The position numbers and the translations under genes were made by a program. A stretch of 64,000 nt of DNA, from NCBI GenBank assembly GCA_964035575.1, contig OZ037843.1:1302001-1366000 (forward strand), read 5' to 3'. Under the pieces are notes generated by a model. It searched no databases. It worked only from the letters and a program-made list of their open reading frames with translations, and was not told the DNA's origin. Of the stretch, positions 46,464-56,485 are shown piece after piece; position 1 is the first letter of the stretch, and each line of letters starts with the position of its first letter. The DNA is from Rhynchopus sp. YZ270_cl-10. Taxonomy: Eukaryota.

Positions 46464-49076
46464 ATGGTGTCATGCGGGATCCAGTCGCTGACAATGCTGC
46501 TGTGTGTGGTGCTGATTCTGTCGACAGGTGCGATCATCGGTGGCTTCACTCTGTCAACATGGGACGACCTTCTGGAGAAGGCACGTGACACAGGTGACGA
46601 GGGCTTCGGGATGTGTCTCGACAGTGGTACGGCGGACATCGAAACGGTCTCGGCACGCTACCTGCGCTCTGTTCTTGGCAACGTGGACACGGCAGTGAAG
46701 GAGTACCTGAAGGTGCCTGAGCAGCTCGTCGTCACGCTGGCCACTCTGGCACAGGCGTACCACCCAAACATCAGCACGAGCCCCGAATTTTCTACTAATA
46801 TGCGTCCTGCAGTCATGTCCGCCATGGTGGCTGGGAAGGCGTCTGGCCTTCTCCAGATCGGTCACGAAGCGTACCCGTGGTGTGCGGCACATCCTGTTCC
46901 GTGGAAGAGGGGTGACGGGTTTGCAGGGTGGGGCTCACGCACCTCACTCAGGATCCTGAACTCTGCGAGTGGTGTGCCACCTACTAACGGCACCAAGGTT
47001 ATCCTCCTCTACGAGTCGCGTGACCACGTGACGCTGGCAGAGGGACTTTCCGACTACTCAATCTACACAGAAATCAACCGGATGGGCGGCATCAGAGACC
47101 CCTCAGCACCGTGCAACTACCGACCTGACTACAACAAGAACCAATACCGTGGACTGTGCTTCTTTCCCGTCGCTAATGCTGAACCCCTGGGTGACCCAAT
47201 CATTGCCCAGCGTGGGCGACAGATGCACTTTCTGGGTGCCGATGACCCACCACTCAACCCTGTGGACACGCTTGTCTACTCACGCATGCAGATTACATGG
47301 GACTACATGTCCTGGGAGCTGAGCTACACCTACACCCACCCAGATATGTACACGATGTACCCCAAGCAGGGCAAACGTGTGGGTTCAGTAGTTGCCACCG
47401 TGACTGCAGACGGAGTGACCGACGTGGTGCGTGCACAGCTGCTCCCGAAGGACACGTCGCTGTACGTGGTGGAGGACGACCGTGCATCTGGATCAGTCGG
47501 TACACTTGTTGCGTACAACAGAGGACGGCACGTGGTGATGTCGCCAATAACCACTTCGCAGGGTAATATAGTACACGTTGCATCGAGCATCAACATAACG
47601 AACCACTCGATGGAAGACGCAACGTCGCACATCCCCTCAGTGATTGCAGAGCACGGGCGGTTTGTGTTCACACACCCGCAGAACTACAGAGACCTTGTGG
47701 AGAAGACAGAGGACTCCTTCCTGAAGTGGTCTGACTCGAACGGCACAGAGTTCTGGACAATCACGTCGACAATTGAACACAAAACAATCTTCTGGTATTC
47801 AACCCTTCTTGTGCCGAGGACGTCTGTGATGGATACGATTGATGCGTCGACGAATGCAATCCGTGCGAAGGTGGCATCAGATCTGTCCTCTGCAGACGCA
47901 CAGAAGGAGGATGCGGTGACTGTGATGGTGATTGTGACGGCTGTTGCGGTGATAGGACTTCTTGCCATTGCTGTTGTGTTCACACGCTACATCACGTCAC
48001 CTCTGCTGAAGCTTGGGAGAGAGATGGCAAGTGTGGCTGTGATGGACCTGGAGGCTGTGGACACGGGCCGTGCAGTGTCGCAGCTGAGTGAAGTGGGGAT
48101 GATGCAGCGCAGCTTTGTTACCATGGTGGCGAACCTGGTGGAGTACCGGAACTACATGCCGCAGAGTGTGCTTGTCAACGACAGCGACAAAGAGGAAGTG
48201 TCAGAGACAGAGTCCTCACATGACATGAAGTCGCAGTCAGGCATGTCCAGGCATTCACGTGCGTCACCCAGTTCAGTTGTTACGATGCAGAACCAGAAGG
48301 CACTGCTGCGTGTGGACGGGATGAAGAAGAAGAAGGTGTCGCTGGCACACATGAACGTCGTGTCGTGGCACGCCTTCTGCAAGAAGCGCAAGGACGCAGA
48401 GGTGCTCTCCGCACACGCAGGTGTGATTGAGAGGATCCTGACAGCAGTGCAGCACAACAAGGGTGTGTGCGACACGTTCTCTGGCGACAAGATGCTTGCC
48501 ACCTTCAACGCCTTTGTTCCGAAGTCGTCACACAGTGTTTCCTGTGTGCAGGCTGCACACGAAGTAGCAACAGCACTTGGTGATGTGCACACGATCTCGT
48601 ATGGGTGCACGACAGGCGAGGCACGTGTCGGGAACATGGGTTGCAACGGGATGAAGAAGGTGTCGATTCTTTCGCAGTCCATGTCGTGGGTGGTTGTGCT
48701 TGAGCGTTGGAACAAGAAGCACAACCTGCACGGTGTTGTTGACCTCAACATTTCACGTGAGGCTGAGGGACAGGTGGTGCTCCAATGTGCAGGTGCTGTG
48801 CTGTACGAGAAGTTCAGTGAGAACGCACAGACTGTATTTGCTGTGAAGGGTCTGTGCAGCAGCGAAAACGAGGAGTGGATGTACCAGCTGGAGTCTGCCT
48901 CAAACAACCCGCACGCACTGTGGAACGAGGTCTTCGAGCACATCATCAGACAGGACTTTGAGAAGGCGTCTTCTCTGCTGGACAGCGTCGCTCAGGACCA
49001 ACGCACACCTTACGAAACACTTATGGGCTATGTGCGGGAGAAGGCTTATGCACCGTTCGTTGTGGATCTGTACTGA
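46464..49076 (+). CDS. Receptor-type cyclase-like protein, copy 4, 870 aa
   Basis: Intact paralog; ectodomain blocks diverged, cytoplasmic part near-identical to the other copies. Confidence 0.9.
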   Translation: MVSCGIQSLTMLLCVVLILSTGAIIGGFTLSTWDDLLEKARDTGDEGFGMCLDSGTADIETVSARYLRSVLGNVDTAVKEYLKVPEQLVVTLATLAQAYHPNISTSPEFSTNMRPAVMSAMVAGKASGLLQIGHEAYPWCAAHPVPWKRGDGFAGWGSRTSLRILNSASGVPPTNGTKVILLYESRDHVTLAEGLSDYSIYTEINRMGGIRDPSAPCNYRPDYNKNQYRGLCFFPVANAEPLGDPIIAQRGRQMHFLGADDPPLNPVDTLVYSRMQITWDYMSWELSYTYTHPDMYTMYPKQGKRVGSVVATVTADGVTDVVRAQLLPKDTSLYVVEDDRASGSVGTLVAYNRGRHVVMSPITTSQGNIVHVASSINITNHSMEDATSHIPSVIAEHGRFVFTHPQNYRDLVEKTEDSFLKWSDSNGTEFWTITSTIEHKTIFWYSTLLVPRTSVMDTIDASTNAIRAKVASDLSSADAQKEDAVTVMVIVTAVAVIGLLAIAVVFTRYITSPLLKLGREMASVAVMDLEAVDTGRAVSQLSEVGMMQRSFVTMVANLVEYRNYMPQSVLVNDSDKEEVSETESSHDMKSQSGMSRHSRASPSSVVTMQNQKALLRVDGMKKKKVSLAHMNVVSWHAFCKKRKDAEVLSAHAGVIERILTAVQHNKGVCDTFSGDKMLATFNAFVPKSSHSVSCVQAAHEVATALGDVHTISYGCTTGEARVGNMGCNGMKKVSILSQSMSWVVVLERWNKKHNLHGVVDLNISREAEGQVVLQCAGAVLYEKFSENAQTVFAVKGLCSSENEEWMYQLESASNNPHALWNEVFEHIIRQDFEKASSLLDSVAQDQRTPYETLMGYVREKAYAPFVVDLY

Positions 49077-50481
49077 GGTCAGGGTATTCCTTCCTTCCTT
49101 CCTTTAGGTAGGTGTCACCATGTTTTGTCCGCATATTATCCAAATTGTCAAGGTCTCAAATATTCTTGGAGAAAAACCACAATCTGCCAATATGAATAGA
49201 AATCTTGAAAGCCATGAGTACTTTCTTGTTGAAGACCTTCACTTGTGTCCACATTGTTTATGTTTTAGTTTCTTGTTTTTTACTTTTTTTCTGATTGTTT
49301 GCAGCACACTCTCCCCTTATTGATTCTCACAAGGCAGCACACAAGAAATGCTAGTATAGGTGTCATGAAACCGTTTGTCATGCTACCTTAGTTGTGCAGC
49401 ATTGTTTCTCATGTGGGAAGACTGTGCTCGCGACTGTGCACGCTAATCATTGCTCACCCCACCTGAATGGGTTTTGATCAGGTTTTTGGCGCACTAACGA
49501 AAACCTGATCACAAAAAGCACTGTGATAGTGATGTAGTACTTTTTTCTAGAAGTGATATTTATTCTGTTGTGCTGTGTGTGTCAATCCCTCCTTTGTGTG
49601 TGTGTGACTAAGCCACTTGCGGCTTAGGTTCATCTTATTCCATTCTTCGTTTTGTCCTCCACAGAAAACCCTACACCTCTGCCCCGTTCCACAATAGTTC
49701 GATTGTCTACAGCTGTACGAGGGACGGCTTGGTAGAAATGTTACGTCCCCGCATCCTGAGTGTGTGCACGTTGTCAATTTTCCCAACCTTCCTGTATACA
49801 CGCGTCAGCAACCAATACAGGTAGTGTATTGAAATGATTCTGGGGGGGGGGGTAAGGGGTCTAATTTTAATTTCGTCGATTTTGAGAAAATTTTTGGCCA
49901 AAAATGGGCCCCACGAAAAAGGAACCGGGCTCATATTTCTCAAAATTTAAGTGGTCAAAAAATTGTCCAATTTTCCGAAATGACCCCACCGCTGCACGGG
50001 CGGAGCCCAAAAATGCAAATAAGCCACTTTTCCCAACCTTCCTGTCTACACGCGTCAGCAACCAATACAGGTAGTGTATTGAAATGATTCTGGGGGGGGG
50101 AAAACACCAAAAAACGGCCAAAAAAAGTACCTAAAGTGTCCAAAACAGGTCGGAATGGACTCACAGGACCTCCCTGGGGTAGGTTTGTGCCCAAGCAGCT
50201 GTCATGACGTCGAAATTTTGCTGTTTTTTTGATTTTTTTGTCCAAAAATGGCCATTTTACCCAACATGGCCAAAACCGTCAAAAGGCCACTTTTTCACTA
50301 TTTTTTTGCATTTTTTCATATTCTGAGTCGCCCTTAGCATGGATTTTCGGGTCACAGGGTGTTTCTGACCCATTTCTGGGTGGGTATGAGGGGTGGTTTG
50401 TGGGTACTTTGCGCGGAAGTCCAAAAAAGTCAAAATGCCTCACCCGTCCTGAAGGTTTTGCCCCCACCTAGGGGGGGGGGG

Positions 50482-52036
50482 TAGGGGCCGCAGTCCCCTA
50501 AGGAAATTATGTAACAATAATTCATTTTGCCACTTTTTGGCGTATAGTGGCCACAACCTGCAGAGAACCACCCCAGAATAGGTCAGAAACACCCTGTGAG
50601 GCAAAATTGGGTGAAAATTCGACTCCAGAATGTGAAAAAATGGGAAAAAATAGCAAAAAACTGGCTTTTTGGGGGTTTTGGCCATTTCGGCCAAAACCCC
50701 GATTTTTCATGAAAAAACATGAAAAAAACACCAAATTCGATGTTTCAGAGAGTCATTTGAGACCTATTTTGCCCCAAAAACGTGCTTGGAGTCCATTCTC
50801 GCCTGTTTTTCACATTTTTACGCCTTTTCTTTGGTGAATTTGGCCAAAATTTGGTCAAAATGACCCCCTGTCCACCCCCTGTCTACCCCCTGTCCAAGGC
50901 CAGGATTTTTCCCCTGGCCATCACATAAAGTAGGGTATGGTGCAAATTTTGGTACATACCCCCCCAAAAAATGGTCTGCGGACCCAACGGAACCGTTTTT
51001 TTACCCTTTGGAGGACTCAGAAGCACTAGAAATGGGGAAAATGAGTGAAAAATTGCCCTCCCCCCCAGAGAGGGGGGTAGGGGCGGTTTTTGGGCTAAAA
51101 AATGCCAAATTAGGGCCGCCAGAGGCCTCTTGGGGTCACTCTCCTGTGGAAATCGTACTCCTAGGGGTCCTGTGGGCCTGATTTCGACGAGCTGCACCCT
51201 TTTGGGCCCCCCGAACCGATCTTGGTTTGAAATATTGAGTCGAATATGACCCCTGGACAGGGGGTAGACAGGGGTCATTTTGACCTCAAAACACCAAAAA
51301 GCGGCCAAAAAAAGTACCTAAAGTGTCCAAAACAGGTCGGAATAGACTCACGGGACATCCCTGGGGTAGTTTTGTGTCCAAGCAGCTGTCATGATGTCGA
51401 AATTTTACAATTTTTTTGAAAATTTGGTCAAAAATGGTCATTTGTCCCAAAATGGCCCAAATGGCCGTTTTGTGCTTTATTTTCCATTTTTTTTGTGTTT
51501 CTGGTAATCAGTCACCCAAAAAAGAGGACACATTTTTGCCATATCATACATATTTGTTCGGTTCCTCCCATTTTTTGTGCAATTTTTCGTGTTTTTTGCA
51601 TTTTTTTTGCATTTTTTTTGACCAAAACTTAGTGAAACTTAGCAAAACTTAGTGAAACTTGGTGAAAATTTGCTGGAAAAACCCCCAACAAAACCATTTC
51701 TTGAGCGGAATACCCCCCTGTATGGGTAATTGTGGTTGAAAATAGGTGCCTAGAATATGTTCTGAGTGGTTTTGGGGGTGAAATAGCCCCAAATACCCCC
51801 ACAAAGCAAAAAATGTGCCAAAATTGGCCATTTTGCCCCAAATGGCCAAAAAGGCTGAAAATCCTATTTTTTCACACTTTTTTCACTTTCTGAGGTGCCA
51901 AACCATGAAATTCTGGGTCACACTGCCCCGGAAACCTATTTTGGGTGTCAGACACACCCTGAGGTGCCCACTAGATGCCCAAAAAATGACGAAATAATTA
52001 TTGTTACATAATTTCCTTAGGGGACTGCGGCCCCTA
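50482..52036. mobile_element. TIR element flanked by G-runs
   Basis: 41-bp TIR taggggccgcagtcccctaaggaaattatgtaacaataatt and its inverse; poly-G on both sides. Confidence 0.8.
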
Positions 52037-52056
52037 GGGGGGGGGGGGGGGGGGGG

Positions 52057-52871
52057 TAGGGGGTACGACTCCAGCCATTTTTGGCGCACGGAAAATTCAT
52101 TTGGCATTATCTGGTCATCTCCAAGGCAACTGCGGGTGAAAAACACCCTCAGAGTGGGTCACAGGGGGCCTGTGGGTCGAAAAACGACCCAGAAGTCACC
52201 CCAGAATACAAAAAAATGGAAAAAAATAGTGAAAAAACGGCTTTTTTCACGTTTTGGCCACTTTGGGCAAAATAGCGATTTTTCGAGAAAAAAATCAAAA
52301 ACCGGGATATTTTTTGACATCACAAAGCCTCCTTTGGCACAAATATACCCCAAAAGTGGCCTGTGAGTCCATTCCAACCTGTTTTGGACATATTTGACAC
52401 TTTTGGAAGTGTTTTTTTGGTGTTTTTAGGTCAAAAAAATGCCCAAGACGTCCCCAAGACATCCCCAAGACACTTTGCACACCCCCTGTTACGGTCATAT
52501 TTTTTTCGTTTTTTTGCCTGAAACCCCCAAAATACCCCTCCCGGACCCCACATAGTCCCGAATATCCATCACACACCCGGTATATTTGTGCCAAAGGAGG
52601 CTTTGTGATGTCAAAAAATATCCCGGTTTTTGATTTTTTTCTCGAAAAATCGCTATTTTGCCCAAAGTGGCCAAAACGTGAAAAAAGCCGTTTTTTCACT
52701 ATTTTTTTCCATTTTTTTGTATTCTGGGGTGGCTTCTGGGTCGTTTTTCGACCCACAGGCCCCCTGTGACCCACTCTGAGGGTGTTTTTCACCCGCAGTT
52801 GCCTTGGAGATGACCAGATAATGCCAAATGAATTTTCCGTGCGCAAAAAATGGCTGGAGTCGTACCCCCTA
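52057..52871. mobile_element. Foldback element with 293-bp near-perfect TIRs flanked by G-runs
   Basis: Arms 52057-52349 and 52579-52871 (tagggggtacgactccagccatttt...). Confidence 0.88.
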
Positions 52872-53971
52872 AGGGGGGGGGGGTAAGGGGTCTAATTTTA
52901 ATTTCGTCGATTTTGAGAAAATTTTTGGCCAAAAATGGGCCCCACGTATAAGGAACCGGGCTCATATTTCTCAAAATTTAAGTGGTCAAAAAATTGTCCA
53001 ATTTTCCGAAATGACCCCACCGCTGCACGGGCGGAGCCCAAAAATGCAAATAAGCCACTTTTTGGTTTCATTGAAATGATGCGGCTGACACTGAGGAATT
53101 ATGGTTTACGGCGTCCCATTGAGGGGGCGAACCCTTTTTAATTTTTTGTTTTCTTGAAATGTGTAATTTCATGTTTTCGCGAAAAAAATACGAACTGATC
53201 CTACAAGGGTTGAAGGAAGGTGTGTGGAAAACAATATTAACAAGAACAACTAATTGCTAAGAAAAATAATGGGGTGTGCTGTGGAAAACTCCGCGCGATT
53301 TTCGAAACCACCATAGCATCCGGGCGATTTTCTGGAGGTGCTGATGTGACGATGCCTGGTGCGATCGACGACGTGTTGTCGTCTGTGCATTATGTGTTCC
53401 TTCCGCACTGCTCTGATGACGACGACGACGCGTGGGAGCCTGTGGACGACTACGAGCTGGAACATGCCGAGGCCGCCCGAGCGAATGGTTATCGAGCCTG
53501 CCGAGACTAATAACGCGATCGAGCAGATGGTGCTGGACGAAGAGGACAGCCCCAATGTTTAAAAGTTTCAGATGCAGGCATCCCAGTGGGTCCAGCGTAC
53601 GAAGAGCGTTTTAGCATACCTGCAGAAGAGCAGAATGCTGGCGTGTTGTAGATTATATTTTTTTCAGAGTGGAGTTCCACAGCACACCCAGTTTTTTTTC
53701 CGATAGCAATTACTTGTTTTTATTGCGAACGGGAACAAAAATTTGTTCGCATTTTTTTGTGTGCTTTTCTGTTCTTAGAATGGAAAGTTTATGAAATTCG
53801 TCATTTTTAGTTCCCGAAGTACTGAAGTTCAGTATTGTTAGCTCTTATTCTTTTTGGTGTGGTCGAAGGCCGATGACTTTGTCTAATTTGATGCTCAAAA
53901 ATCGTCAAATAATTGTGCGGAAAGTCATTTTTTGGGGGGTAACGGTGCCGAACGGAACTCTCATTTCTCCC

Positions 53972-54060
53972 TGGTATCTACGGTTTGTCCGATCGGACAG
54001 TGCCGTGATGCTACCACTGGATGGATTATGGCTCACCTCTAAGCCAGAACCCAGGCCGGA
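53972..54060 (+). pseudogene. Isolated fragment of the 3' region of cytosolic LSU (28S-type) rRNA
   Basis: cggtttgtccgatcggacagtgccgtgatgctaccactggatggattatggct----cacctctaagccagaacccaggc matches the conserved eukaryotic LSU motif GCCGCGAAGCTACCA...GGATTATGGCTGAACGCCTCTAAGTCAGAATCC (recalled), with a ~4-nt deletion; no other rDNA nearby. Confidence 0.7.
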
Positions 54061-54844
54061 TGATAGTAATAATTGACCCAGGCTCCTTTTTTAGACTTTG
54101 TCTAAACTAACCCTCAACCACACCATTTGTCTTTTGTGTGTGCTTTCTTATTTGCGGTGTTTCTGCTGTGTATTGGAACGCCACGTCCCCGAATCCTTCC
54201 TAGTTGAGAAAGAAAAATAACCTCAAAACTGTTGATGATACATTCCAAAAATACCCGTAAAAAAGTCTGTTTTTTTGGACTAACTTTTTAGTTTCATTTT
54301 TTAGACAAAAAAAAGTGCATAAAACCCTAAAAGGTCCTTGCTTTCACCGTGTGCGTAAATACGTAGGTACGAACCTTTGTGTTTTGGGCGTGCAAACAAT
54401 TTGCAGCTACACAACGTATTTACAGTCGCGTTGCCTTTGTATGCGATCAAGCCCACTCCTGAGTAGAACTGTTGGAGTTTTGAGGTTCACCTTTAACTCA
54501 GGTAGCAGCTCACTAGCTGCTGGGAAGATCAATCAAGGATGAGGTTCACTTTTTTTTTTCCCCCCCTTTGGAAATCCGCGGTCGAGTGAGGACGCAGCAC
54601 TTCTTCACGATTATGTCCTCATGTGTGCAAGTGATGTCAAAGTGCGATGATGACTCATGGCACCACTGCAGCATTGCTTACACACACAGCTGTGGTGATC
54701 TCTTGGAGGGTCTTTGTCAGCACTCTTTTAAGTTTCTGTATTGTATTTTTTTGTTTTGCTCTCTAACGCATGGGGTTCTTGTTCTTGTTTCCTGGTCATC
54801 GTCCAAGATCTTTGACGAATGTTTTATTTTTCCAGCCACACCAT

Positions 54845-55145
54845 GTCTTTGAAAACTTGGTCGTATTCATTTCTTTGTATTTTTGTATTGTGCAGGGTTC
54901 CAGGAAGTTGGTTCTTTCGAAATGACCCTGTCTGGGTCCTGAGAATGCTTCCACACACCTGGAGCCCTGGTTGTGTTGTGCTTGCAGCGTGCACAGAAGA
55001 TACAAAGACGGTCGGAAACAACGGGTATACACACTGTTGTGGTCGTGGTCCTTTGTGTTGCTGCAGGCTGTGCGATTGTGAGGAGCCTCTTGCTGCTCTG
55101 TGCTGACGTGGTGTGGTGCACTCTTCGTCTGTGTCGAAGGAACAC
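54845..55145 (+). repeat. ~290-bp spacer block repeated at ~60385-60686
   Basis: Near-identical sequence on both sides of gene copy 5. Confidence 0.85.
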
Positions 55146-56485
55146 ATTCCGAAACAGTGGTTCGCGCTTTTGATACTCGGTGCTTGCTTGCAAGATCTCC
55201 TTACCCTCCCTCTCCCGGCTCTCCCAAGCTCTCACAGCTTTTGTCCCTACTTCGTTCACTAGTCTTATCACTCGCTCCCCCTTTTCTCTAGTATGTCCCT
55301 CTCTCGGGTGTAAGTTCACTCCAGTTTTTTTTTGCTGCCTTCTTTCTTGATACACCCAATTACCTGAAGACTTTTCCCATCTTTGGTTTTATCACTTCTC
55401 TTTTCTCTACCCATCGCTCACATATTGTTGTTTGAGGTGACTAAGCACGAGAGGCTTAGGGTCATCTTATAAACTTTTCTTTGTTTGCGTCTGCAAAGAC
55501 GTGTGTCCACCTTCTGCACTCCCTTCATGAGGTATTTCCCTGCTCTCTTGGTGAGCTAGAAGGCAACGAAGTAAAAAAAGCACAATAGAAAAAAGAAAAA
55601 AAAATTACTGTGCAAAATCGTGGAAACAAAGCTAAGCAACCATGTTTCTTTCTCCGTGTGTGGGGGAAAGACCTTTTTTTTTGGGGGGGGGGCAGTGGCT
55701 TCCCCCCCCCATGCTGTACGTTGTGGGGTGCAGTATTCTTAAATTTTTTACCTCCGATTTTAGAATCAACAGAATGTGGTCTACGACTTTTGTTTTGACA
55801 TTTGCTGTCGTGGCGGGAAGCGGGAAGCTGGAACACACTGATTTATATCGTTTGTTTTCTATTATTTGAAGAATTGTTGGAATAGTGTAGTTGCCTCCTG
55901 TGTCTGCACTGTCCCCAGCGTCACTCTTTTTTAGATCATCTCAAACAACCTCCATCATCCACTAGGCTTCATAACACTGTTGCGGACCTCCTACGTACGT
56001 TGTCTTATCTGGTATCCAACATGGAAGAATAGGAGCGTTCAGAGAGGGTGTGCATCCTCAGTGGACAATACAAAACATAGATACAAAAGAAGGTACTTTG
56101 GCTGCGTGCCCATATTTTTCCCCCCAGCTTGCTTTTTGTAAGGTTGTCAGTGGTTCTCAGGGTCTTTAACACCAAAAAAACATCCACACTTTCTGTGGGA
56201 GTGTTTTTTGGGGGGAGGGATCCCGAGGGTGTATTTTTTTGTTATCTTGCTCTGATTAGGAACCATATGTTCCTCCAGTATGCTACCGACACAGTACAAA
56301 TGAAAGATCTGTTTCCACCCTTTTTGCTTTTGTGTCATCTACACGTAACTGCTCTCTTAATCAGATATGCACACCACAGCACACACCATGAAGGGCCATA
56401 TACTGCGCAAGAATCTTCACCAGGCATCAACACCCACACCACACATCCCCAGACACTCTCTTCCCTTTCTGTACACCTCAGAACA

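Larger units (their letters stand above)
49783..53062. repeat. Complex transposon-derived cluster with direct repeats
   Basis: ~180-bp module at 49852-50032 and 52882-53062 (relatives at 61780-62120); ~68-bp repeat at 49783 and 50033; 50101-50220 similar to 51288-51405. Confidence 0.8.

Noticed and set aside
2346..56485. N-terminal extensions of the receptor ORFs in the ORF track (starts 2346, 30351, 42372, 46161, 56129)
   Set aside because: The extensions differ between copies, use non-ATG starts and run through the conserved pyrimidine-AG acceptor; the shared ATG (MVSCG) is the better start.
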